A stretch of DNA of 57,537 nucleotides from Patescibacteria group bacterium (lineage in GTDB: Bacteria; Patescibacteriota; Minisyncoccia; Phycocordibacterales; Phycocordibacteraceae): contig JAUPKX010000016.1 of the NCBI GenBank assembly GCA_030837225.1, forward strand, positions 1 to 57,537, read 5' to 3'. How positions within the stretch are numbered: the stretch's first letter is position 1; every line of letters starts with the position of its first letter. A model generated the notes under the pieces. The model saw only the letters and a program-made list of their open reading frames with translations. It made no database searches and had not been told where the DNA came from. A program made the position numbers and the translations under genes. Below, piece after piece: positions 37,109 to 45,525 of the stretch.

Positions 37109-39001
37109 ATGGGAAAGATTCTTGGTATCGATCTCGGCACAACCAACTCCGCCATGGCTATCATGGAGGGTGGCGAGCCGCGTGTTCTTGAGAACGCAGA
37201 GGGTACGCGCACAACCCCTTCGGTTGTTGCCATCGCAAAGAATGGAGAGCGCCTTGTGGGAACACTTGCGAAGCGTCAGGCGGTTACGAATCCAAAGAAC
37301 ACTATCTACGGCATCAAGCGCTTCATGGGCCATGCCTTTAAGGACGATGTGGTTCAGAAGGATAAGGATGTAGTGCCGTACGAGATAAAGGCAGGACCAA
37401 ACGGCGGCGTTGAGGTACGTCTTAGCGACAAGGACTACCGTCCTGAGGAGGTGTCCGCCATGATTCTTTCCAAGATGAAGGCAGATGCTGAGAAGAAGCT
37501 TGGTGAGACTATCACCCAGGCCGTTATCACCGTACCTGCGTACTTTGATGACGCACAGCGTGCAGCAACAAAGGCTGCAGGACAGGTGGCCGGTCTTGAG
37601 GTGCTTCGCATCATCAACGAGCCAACGGCAGCAGCGCTTGCATACGGCTTCAACAAGAAGAAGGAAGAGAAGATCGTAGTCTACGACTTCGGTGGAGGAA
37701 CATTCGATGTTTCGGTACTTGAGGTTGGCGACGATGTTATCGAAGTGAAGTCTACCGATGGCGACAGCCACATGGGAGGCCGCGATATCGACCAGAAGAT
37801 CGTTCGCTACCTTGCTGACGAGTTTAAGAAAGAGTCAGGCATTGATGTAACGAAGGATCCGCTCGCACTCCAGCGCCTCGACGAAGGAGCTGAGAAGGCA
37901 AAGCACGAGCTTTCAACGTCTGCAGAGACTGAAGTAAACATTCCGTTCATCACGGTTGGCTCAGACGGAAACCCGCAGCACCTTCTCGTTAAGCTCACGC
38001 GTGCGAATCTGGAGTCTCTTTCAGACGAGTACATCGCTCGATCCATTGATATAACAAAGCGCGCACTTGAAGCTTCTGGTATTAAGGCTGCTGACGTCAA
38101 CGAGGTTATCCTCGTGGGCGGCCAGACCCGCATGCCAAAGATCCAGGAAGAGGTTGAGAAACTCTTCGGAAAGAAGCCACATCGCGACGTGAACCCAGAC
38201 GAGGTGGTAGCGATTGGTGCTGCTATTCAAGCGGGTATTCTCCAGGGAGATGTGAAGGATATTCTTCTCGTTGATGTTATTCCACTTTCGCTTTCGATTG
38301 AGACTATGGGTGGCGTTGCAACGAAGCTCATTGAGCGCAACACCGCGGTACCAACCTCGCGCAGTCAGACGTTCTCAACGGCGTCAGACAACCAGACAGG
38401 CGTAGAGATTCACATCACGCAGGGCGAGCGCGCTATGGCTGCAGACAACAAGTCTCTCGGGCGCTTTATGCTCGACGGCATCCCACCAGCTCCTCGCGGG
38501 CTTCCGCAGGTTGAGGTTTCGTTCGATCTTGATACCAACGGTATCCTCACCGTAAAGGCTGTTGAGAAGACGACTGGCAAGGAGCAGTCTATTCGTATCG
38601 AAGGCTCCACAGGACTCTCTGAAGCTGACATCGAGAAGATGAAGGCAGACGCTGAAACGCACGCGGGAGAGGACGCAAAGCGTAAGGAACTTGTTGAAAC
38701 AAAGAACCTTGCTGAGCAAATGATCTACACTGCTGAGAAAGCAGTGAAGGATACAGGGGACAAGGCACCTGCTGACGTTGTTACGGAAGTTAACGAGAAG
38801 GTTGCTCTTCTTCGTACCGCGCGTGACGGAGACGATATCGAGACAATTAAGACCGCATCGGAAGCACTCTCTACGTCGCTCTCAAAGATCGGGGAGGCCA
38901 TGATGAAGGACCAGCCGCAGCCAGCAACGGAAGGAGAAGCAGCCGGCCCAGAAAGTGCTGCTACCGATGCTGAGTTCTCGGAAGAGAAGCCGAAGGAGTA
39001 A
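37109..39001 (+). CDS. dnaK: Chaperone DnaK
   Basis: [23 protein letters not shown] and [11 protein letters not shown] motifs. Confidence 0.99.
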   Translation: MGKILGIDLGTTNSAMAIMEGGEPRVLENAEGTRTTPSVVAIAKNGERLVGTLAKRQAVTNPKNTIYGIKRFMGHAFKDDVVQKDKDVVPYEIKAGPNGGVEVRLSDKDYRPEEVSAMILSKMKADAEKKLGETITQAVITVPAYFDDAQRAATKAAGQVAGLEVLRIINEPTAAALAYGFNKKKEEKIVVYDFGGGTFDVSVLEVGDDVIEVKSTDGDSHMGGRDIDQKIVRYLADEFKKESGIDVTKDPLALQRLDEGAEKAKHELSTSAETEVNIPFITVGSDGNPQHLLVKLTRANLESLSDEYIARSIDITKRALEASGIKAADVNEVILVGGQTRMPKIQEEVEKLFGKKPHRDVNPDEVVAIGAAIQAGILQGDVKDILLVDVIPLSLSIETMGGVATKLIERNTAVPTSRSQTFSTASDNQTGVEIHITQGERAMAADNKSLGRFMLDGIPPAPRGLPQVEVSFDLDTNGILTVKAVEKTTGKEQSIRIEGSTGLSEADIEKMKADAETHAGEDAKRKELVETKNLAEQMIYTAEKAVKDTGDKAPADVVTEVNEKVALLRTARDGDDIETIKTASEALSTSLSKIGEAMMKDQPQPATEGEAAGPESAATDAEFSEEKPKE

Positions 39002-39016
39002 TAAAAAATTAGTGCT

Positions 39017-39052
39017 CAATGGCCGTAGCTCACGCTGCGGCCATTGACTTTT
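39017..39052 (+). terminator. Intrinsic terminator after dnaK
   Basis: caatggccgtagc/gctgcggccattg followed by T-tract. Confidence 0.75.
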
Positions 39053-39124
39053 GTATAGTTATGGTATATTATTGATACAGCGTCAATGTCAGTCCTTCGG
39101 GACAAAAACAACGGAGATCTTTCC

Positions 39125-39703
39125 ATGCGAATCATTCTGTTTGCTTGCGTCTTCATGGCGCTTGCAGCTTCGGCAGAGACAGTCCGGGCGCAATCGTACC
39201 CGCCTGTTCAACCCGATCCTGCGCGCGGCTCTCGTTACCCCTCCTGCGTCCAAATCGACCGGACCAGACCTGAAGTGTGTAACTTCAATCCAGGCGTCAT
39301 CGGCGACCGGGCGAGTCCTGACTGCCGTACCTACCGCGACAACGGTGGGACGGTAACCATCCTGTGCCCGGAGAATCATCCGCGGTACTGGGAACTGCAG
39401 CGGCTGTCTGCTGCCGCGCGCATGTGCGGCGAGAATGGCTTCGCTTGTCGCGGCGCCTACTTCAAGCGCGAAGGCAATCGCTGCACCTATCGGGTGGTGC
39501 CTGACGGCTGGGCGCCCGGTCCCTTCGACGTCCATGTGTCGGATATGCCAAACGAACGGCGTATCCTCATCTACCGTCCTGGGGAAGGCCGCTCGCACCG
39601 GGACTATGAGAGCCAGCACACACGCCAAGTTCGCTATGCTCTCCGCAACGAGAGCGGCAGAGGTTCCTACCAGGATCCGTGCCGTGCAAGCGCATACGAA
39701 TGA
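39125..39703 (+). CDS. Secreted Cys-rich hypothetical protein
   Basis: GGAG Shine-Dalgarno; signal peptide MRIILFACVFMALAASAETVRA; 8 Cys in the mature part; own terminator at about 39707-39740. Confidence 0.65.
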   Translation: MRIILFACVFMALAASAETVRAQSYPPVQPDPARGSRYPSCVQIDRTRPEVCNFNPGVIGDRASPDCRTYRDNGGTVTILCPENHPRYWELQRLSAAARMCGENGFACRGAYFKREGNRCTYRVVPDGWAPGPFDVHVSDMPNERRILIYRPGEGRSHRDYESQHTRQVRYALRNESGRGSYQDPCRASAYE

Positions 39704-39787
39704 AATGGGGCGTCCAACTTTCTTTTGTTGGGCGCCCTTTTCCTTATATTTTGCCTCTCAATACGAGGAAGAGTATAGTGGGAACAT

Positions 39788-40855
39788 ATGGCGAAGAACT
39801 ATTACGACATCCTCGGTGTCGACAAGAAGGCCACACAAGACGACGTTAAAAAGGCGTTCCGCAAGCTCGCGCAAAAGCACCATCCCGATAAGGGTGGGGA
39901 CGAGTCTAAGTTCAAGGAGATAACGGAAGCGTATAGCACCCTCTCAGACGAGAAGAAGCGTCGCGAGTATGATTCCTATGGCCAGACGTTCCAGGGAGGA
40001 GGAGGCCAGTACGGAGGATTCGATCCGTCACAGTTTGGTGGCTTTGGTCAGGGCGGCGTTGAGTTTGATCTAAATGATCTCTTTGAGGGGTTTGGGGACA
40101 TTTTCGGCGGCCGAGGCGGACGCTCTCGCGTGAAGCGTGGGCGAGACATTTCAATTGATATCGAAGCAACCTTTAAGGAGTCTATCCTTGGAGGCAGCCG
40201 TTCCGTACTCTTAACCAAGATTGGTACCTGCAACACGTGTGAAGGTTCCGGTGCAAAGCCAGGCACTGAGCTTGAAACTTGTAAGACCTGTAACGGGCAG
40301 GGCAAGATGCATGAGACACGGAACTCACCACTCGGTGCGTTTACAAGTGTTAGGACCTGCGCGGTCTGCGAAGGATCCGGAAAGCTTCCGAAGGAGAAGT
40401 GCTCAACCTGCTCGGGACATGGCGTAGAGCGCCGAGAGGAGGAAATCAAGATTCAGATTCCTAAGGGTATTGATGGTGGGGAGATGATTCGCATGCCAGG
40501 ACAGGGCGAGGCTATCAAGGGCGGCGTCTCCGGGGACCTGTACGTGAAAGTGCACGTGAAGCCGCATCCGGTATTTAAGAAGGAAGGTATGAATCTAGTA
40601 ATGAACATGCCAATGAAGCTCACTGACGCGCTTCTTGGAACTATCGCATCCATCACCACGGTCGACGAGAAGAAGCTTGAGGTTAAGATCCCACCAATGG
40701 CCGAAGCGCAGCAGACGCTCCGTCTTAAAGGAAAGGGAGTTGTTATTGATGGACACGAAGGAGACCTCCTTATTCGCCTCACCGCGACCTTGCCGAAGAA
40801 AATCTCGGGTAAAGCAAAGAAGGCGATCGAAGAGTTGAAGAGCGAGGGACTCTAG
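39788..40855 (+). CDS. dnaJ: Chaperone DnaJ
   Basis: J domain with HPD, G/F region and four CxxCxGxG motifs. Confidence 0.98.
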   Translation: MAKNYYDILGVDKKATQDDVKKAFRKLAQKHHPDKGGDESKFKEITEAYSTLSDEKKRREYDSYGQTFQGGGGQYGGFDPSQFGGFGQGGVEFDLNDLFEGFGDIFGGRGGRSRVKRGRDISIDIEATFKESILGGSRSVLLTKIGTCNTCEGSGAKPGTELETCKTCNGQGKMHETRNSPLGAFTSVRTCAVCEGSGKLPKEKCSTCSGHGVERREEEIKIQIPKGIDGGEMIRMPGQGEAIKGGVSGDLYVKVHVKPHPVFKKEGMNLVMNMPMKLTDALLGTIASITTVDEKKLEVKIPPMAEAQQTLRLKGKGVVIDGHEGDLLIRLTATLPKKISGKAKKAIEELKSEGL

Positions 40856-40905
40856 AGTACACAGCAGCTTCGATGGGCACTGCAAGTGTCTGTTATGCTA
40901 GCGGT

Positions 40906-41412
40906 ATGGATATAGTAAATCAGTTTGCAACAGGAGGGTTTGGATCAATCGTTACGTTCTTCGGGAACTTCCTCGTTCTTGTGGTTATTGCAGCGCTCCT
41001 CTTCTTCTTCGCGCTCCGTGCCGGGCGAGCAATGCTCATTTCTCTTATTCTCGCGCTCTATGTTGGGTTCGCACTCTTCACCGTATTCCCGTACAAGGAG
41101 ATGTTTATCGTTGGGGACTCAGCACTCGTTCGTGCCGTTGCTGGTATCGCACTCTTTGCGGTGTTCACGTTCTTTCCGTACATACTTCTCCGCCGTGTAG
41201 CGACGTCCGGTTCGATGCGGATTAATCCCATTGTGCTCTCGCTCCTTGCCCTTGTAACAGGAGGATTCGTACTCGCGCTTGGGTATCATGTGCTTGATAT
41301 TGCTGCGGTTATCCCGCTCACTCCGTCTCTCGATGCTCTGTTCGCTCCAGACAAGTACTTCTTCTGGTGGTTTTTGGCACCCCTTGCTGGCGTCTACCTT
41401 ACGGCCCGTTAA
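40906..41412 (+). CDS. Hypothetical membrane protein (about 5 TM)
   Basis: Hydrophobic profile; ATG 6 nt after TGTTATGCT. Confidence 0.75.
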   Translation: MDIVNQFATGGFGSIVTFFGNFLVLVVIAALLFFFALRAGRAMLISLILALYVGFALFTVFPYKEMFIVGDSALVRAVAGIALFAVFTFFPYILLRRVATSGSMRINPIVLSLLALVTGGFVLALGYHVLDIAAVIPLTPSLDALFAPDKYFFWWFLAPLAGVYLTAR

Positions 41413-41460
41413 TTACACCACGTGCGGGTTTATGAAGTTCGTGGTATAATCACAAACTCT

Positions 41461-43260
41461 ATGGAGTCTATAGAAAAGAAAAAGAAGTCGACTCGTTCGA
41501 TGCCTGTTATATGCGACTACTTTACTGCGGCAAAGAAATATCCGTTGGTCTTTTCGCTTATATTCATCGGGAGTCTTGTTATCGAGCTTTCAGGCGTTGT
41601 AGCCCCGCTTTTTATTAAGCAGTTTATTGATCGGATTGCTACGGGCGACATTTCTGACGCTGCGATAACTAGTTTGCTGCTCGTTCTTTTGAGCTATTCA
41701 GGCATCGTGTTCATTGGGTGGATTGGCCGCAGGATTCAAATGATATCGCTCATGAACCTTGAGGCGAGGGTTATGGTTGATCTCTACAACAAAGCGTTTG
41801 CATACCTCATTGGTCACTCCCATGACTTCTTCACGAAGAATTTTGCTGGCTCTCTGCAGCGCAGGGTAAGCAGGTATGCGCAGTCTTTCGAGTCTGTGCT
41901 CGACATCTTTACGTTCGGCTTCTTTTCAACCGGTGTGTTCGCTATTGGTGTGATTGTGGTCCTTACGCAGCGCAACCTATTCCTTGGTCTCGGTCTTCTT
42001 GTGTGGACCGTAGTGTTTATCTGGATTCAAACCATGATGACACGATGGCGGCAGCCTCTTCGTGTCGCACGATCAGCTGAAGAGAGCAATGTAACCGGGG
42101 TACTTTCTGATTCAGTCAGCAATCAATCAACCATAAGTCTTTTTGCTGCCAATACACACGAACGAGGTATCTTGGGTAGCGCGCTTGATAAGTGGTACCG
42201 CGCAACCATGCGGTCCTGGAATGCTGATGCATGGATTATGGGTGTCCAGGGTCTCCTCGCCATTGCTATCGAGATAGCCATACTCGCAGGCTCAGTCCTT
42301 TTGTGGCGCGAAGGACTCCTCACGGTGGGAGATTTCGTCCTTATCCAGGTCTATATTCTCACTTTGATTGATCGAGTGTGGGGTATTGGTAATAGTATGC
42401 GTCGTCTCTTTAGTGCGTTTGCAGATGCAAACGAGATGATAGAGATCTTCAATACAAAGCACTCTGTTGAAGACGTTAAGGGCGCACGTCCGCTTCTTGT
42501 TGATAAAGGTGAGATACAGATGGAAGGAGTATCGTTCGCGTTTAGCGAAGAGCGGACCATCCTGTCAGATTTCAACCTTCAGGTACAGGCCGGAGAGAAG
42601 GTTGCGCTCGTTGGGCCGTCTGGTGCCGGCAAATCAACGGTTACAAAGCTCTTGCTGCGAATGTATGACGTTACGGGCGGTTCTATTCGTGTCGACGGGC
42701 AGGATATCAGCCAGGTAACCCAGGAGAGCTTGCGCGCGACTATTTCCTTCGTTCCGCAGGAGCCAATTCTCTTCCATCGCTCGCTTAAGGACAATATCCG
42801 CTATGGGCGTCCTGACGCTACTGATGAGGAGGTTATTGAGGCAGCCAAGAAGGCACACTGCCACGAATTCATTGTCTCTCTTGCTGAGGGGTACGAGACA
42901 CACGTCGGCGAACGAGGTGTGAAGCTTTCTGGTGGCGAGCGTCAGCGTGTAGCTATCGCACGAGCCATTCTAAAGAATGCACCGATTCTCATTCTTGATG
43001 AGGCGACGTCTGCGCTTGATTCCGAGTCCGAGGCACTTATCCAGGATGCCCTACGAGTGCTTATGGAAGGAAAGACGGTTATCGTTATTGCACACCGCCT
43101 CTCTACCATCATGACTATGGACCGCATTATCGTTATAGAAGGCGGAAAGATTGCAGCTGAGGGTACTCATGACGAGCTCGTTACGCACACAGGTGGTCTG
43201 TATCAGAAGCTCTGGAGCATTCAGGCGGGAGGATTCGTGAATGATACGAAGGAGCAGTAA
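41461..43260 (+). CDS. ABC transporter, fused permease/ATPase (MsbA/ATM1-like exporter)
   Basis: TM domain; GPSGAGKST, LSGGERQR and ILDEATSALD motifs. Confidence 0.95.
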   Translation: MESIEKKKKSTRSMPVICDYFTAAKKYPLVFSLIFIGSLVIELSGVVAPLFIKQFIDRIATGDISDAAITSLLLVLLSYSGIVFIGWIGRRIQMISLMNLEARVMVDLYNKAFAYLIGHSHDFFTKNFAGSLQRRVSRYAQSFESVLDIFTFGFFSTGVFAIGVIVVLTQRNLFLGLGLLVWTVVFIWIQTMMTRWRQPLRVARSAEESNVTGVLSDSVSNQSTISLFAANTHERGILGSALDKWYRATMRSWNADAWIMGVQGLLAIAIEIAILAGSVLLWREGLLTVGDFVLIQVYILTLIDRVWGIGNSMRRLFSAFADANEMIEIFNTKHSVEDVKGARPLLVDKGEIQMEGVSFAFSEERTILSDFNLQVQAGEKVALVGPSGAGKSTVTKLLLRMYDVTGGSIRVDGQDISQVTQESLRATISFVPQEPILFHRSLKDNIRYGRPDATDEEVIEAAKKAHCHEFIVSLAEGYETHVGERGVKLSGGERQRVAIARAILKNAPILILDEATSALDSESEALIQDALRVLMEGKTVIVIAHRLSTIMTMDRIIVIEGGKIAAEGTHDELVTHTGGLYQKLWSIQAGGFVNDTKEQ

Positions 43261-43270
43261 TCATATTCAT

Positions 43271-43783
43271 ATGAAAAACCTCGTCACCATTAATCTCGAG
43301 AACGTTCCTAGCGACGTCGCTGCGACATTCAAGACCCGGACAGCAGCTCGTGCGGTAATCCTCGATAGCGAAGGAAATATCGCCATGCTCGCCGTCACAA
43401 AGGACGGGTATCATAAGCTTCCAGGGGGAGGTGTCGATGAAGGAGAAGACCTATCTACCGCACTTGCTCGGGAATGCATGGAAGAGGTCGGCTGCGAGAT
43501 ACGGGTGCTCGAAGAGATAGGGACAGTACTGGAGATACGAAAGAATTTCTGTCTCGTACAGGATTCACATGCATGGTTAGCAAAACTCGAAGGCGAGAAG
43601 GGCACACCTGATTTCACCGAGTCGGAACTGAGCCGCGGCTTCGAAATCCGCTGGATGCCGATCACAGAAGCGAAGAGGCTCCTGAACGAAGAGCGCTCTG
43701 ACGATTACGAAAGCCAGTACATCGTCATACGAGACCTCGCTATCCTTGAGGAGGCGGAGCGGCTTATTACAGGAAGGAATTAA
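43271..43783 (+). CDS. Nudix hydrolase
   Basis: LPGGGVDEGEDLSTALARECMEEVG Nudix box. Confidence 0.92.
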   Translation: MKNLVTINLENVPSDVAATFKTRTAARAVILDSEGNIAMLAVTKDGYHKLPGGGVDEGEDLSTALARECMEEVGCEIRVLEEIGTVLEIRKNFCLVQDSHAWLAKLEGEKGTPDFTESELSRGFEIRWMPITEAKRLLNEERSDDYESQYIVIRDLAILEEAERLITGRN

Positions 43784-43911
43784 GTACTCCGGTCATGCCT
43801 ACAAATCTTCAGACTTTCAAAATAAGGAAAGGATTAAACGATTCGAAGCGCCGCACAGAGCTCGTAGACGCGCTTATAGGCTGAGGCTCCACGTGATACG
43901 ATATTTACAAC

Positions 43912-45375
43912 ATGTCAGCACTCGATGAGATACGCGCTGAGAAGCTTCGGAAACTGAAGCTCCTTGAAGCTGCAGGAAAGAACCCCTACCCAAACAATGC
44001 CAGGCGTACGCATGAGATCGGACAGATCTTAGGCGGATTCAATGTGCTTGAGACTGAAGGCGGGAGCATTGTTGCAGACGGAAGGATTCGTTCCATTCGC
44101 ACCCATGGCGGCTCCTCGTTCATCGATATTGATGACGGGACCGGAAAGATGCAGCTTTTCTTGAAGAAAGATGAGGTTGGCGAGGAGGCGTTTTCCCTCT
44201 TTATCGACACTATCGATATTGGAGACTTTGTTGAGGCAACAGGCGTACCTATGCGCACCAAGAGTGGGCAGGAGAGCCTTCTCGTTTCTGATTGGCGAAT
44301 TCTTTCAAAAACCCTTCGTCCTATTCCAGACGAATGGTATGGATTCTCAGACGAGGACGAGCGATTCCGTCGCCGGTACCTCGACATGCTCCTTAACAAG
44401 GAAGTACTCGAGAACGCGAAAAAGCGTTCAGTGTTCTGGAATGCATTCAGAACCTATCTCCTATCCCGCGAGTTCGTTGAGGTTGAGACACCCGTGCTTG
44501 AGAACACTACCGGAGGCGCAGAGGCGCGTCCTTTTGTAACGCATCACAACGCCCTCAACATTGACGTATATCTTCGTATCTCTGCAGGGGAGCTCTGGCA
44601 GAAGATGCTCCTTGTTGGAGGACTTCCAAAGACGTTTGAGATAGGCCGTATCTTCAGGAACGAGGGTATGTCCCGCGAGCATCTCCAGGACTACACACAG
44701 CTTGAGTTCTATCAGGCCTATTCAGACTACGAAGAGGGTATGCGCATGGTTACGGATATGTACCGGTTCGTTGCGCAGGAGACCTTCGGTACCCTTGAGT
44801 TCACTATTGGCGAACACCAGGTTGATCTTGCGAAAGACTGGGAGGTGTATGACTTCTGTGAGGTTATACAGAAGGAATACGGCATTGATCCACTTACGGT
44901 TACGCTCGAGGAAGTTAAGGCTGCACTTAAGAAGGCTGGTATTGAGAAGGATGCAGAGTCTATGAGCATAGGGCGAGGCGTTGATCTCCTGTGGAAGCGT
45001 ATTCGAAAGGGAATTAGCGGCCCTGGATTCCTTATCGGTGTTCCTGTGTACCTTGAGCCGCTCGCGAAGAGGAGCGAGAAGAACGGGGAAGTTGTAGAGC
45101 GCTTCCAGATTATCCTTGCCGGAAGCGAGATGGGTAAAGGATTCTCTGAGCTCAACAATCCGATAGACCAGAAAGATCGCTTCCTTGCGCAGCAAGCACT
45201 CCGGGATGCTGGAGACGACGAGGCACAGATGGCGGATATGGATTTCGTTGAGGCTCTTGAGTACGGCATGCCTCCTTCATTTGGGTTTGGACTCTCTGAG
45301 AGGCTCTTTAGTTTCCTCATGAACAAAGATGTCCGGGAGACTCAGTTGTTCCCGTTAATGCGACCTAGAGATTAA
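43912..45375 (+). CDS. lysS: Lysine--tRNA ligase (class II)
   Basis: RFRRRYLD, GGAEARPF.TH, FRNEG and LEYGMPP motifs. Confidence 0.98.
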   Translation: MSALDEIRAEKLRKLKLLEAAGKNPYPNNARRTHEIGQILGGFNVLETEGGSIVADGRIRSIRTHGGSSFIDIDDGTGKMQLFLKKDEVGEEAFSLFIDTIDIGDFVEATGVPMRTKSGQESLLVSDWRILSKTLRPIPDEWYGFSDEDERFRRRYLDMLLNKEVLENAKKRSVFWNAFRTYLLSREFVEVETPVLENTTGGAEARPFVTHHNALNIDVYLRISAGELWQKMLLVGGLPKTFEIGRIFRNEGMSREHLQDYTQLEFYQAYSDYEEGMRMVTDMYRFVAQETFGTLEFTIGEHQVDLAKDWEVYDFCEVIQKEYGIDPLTVTLEEVKAALKKAGIEKDAESMSIGRGVDLLWKRIRKGISGPGFLIGVPVYLEPLAKRSEKNGEVVERFQIILAGSEMGKGFSELNNPIDQKDRFLAQQALRDAGDDEAQMADMDFVEALEYGMPPSFGFGLSERLFSFLMNKDVRETQLFPLMRPRD

Positions 45376-45525
45376 ATCGATTAGTCTTCCTTTCCGAAAA
45401 TAAAAGCTTCTTCTCCTGACCCCTCACGTTTGCGTACAAATATGACTACGCCATCAGTTAGCGCAGCAACCTCAGTACCTCCGTCAGTACCTATAACCTG
45501 ACCCTTCACAACAGATTCGAAGTCC

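Noticed and set aside
45499-45501. UGA-to-Gly recoding (genetic code 25)
   Set aside because: Conserved genes have no internal TGA, and leuS and mnmA terminate at TGA.
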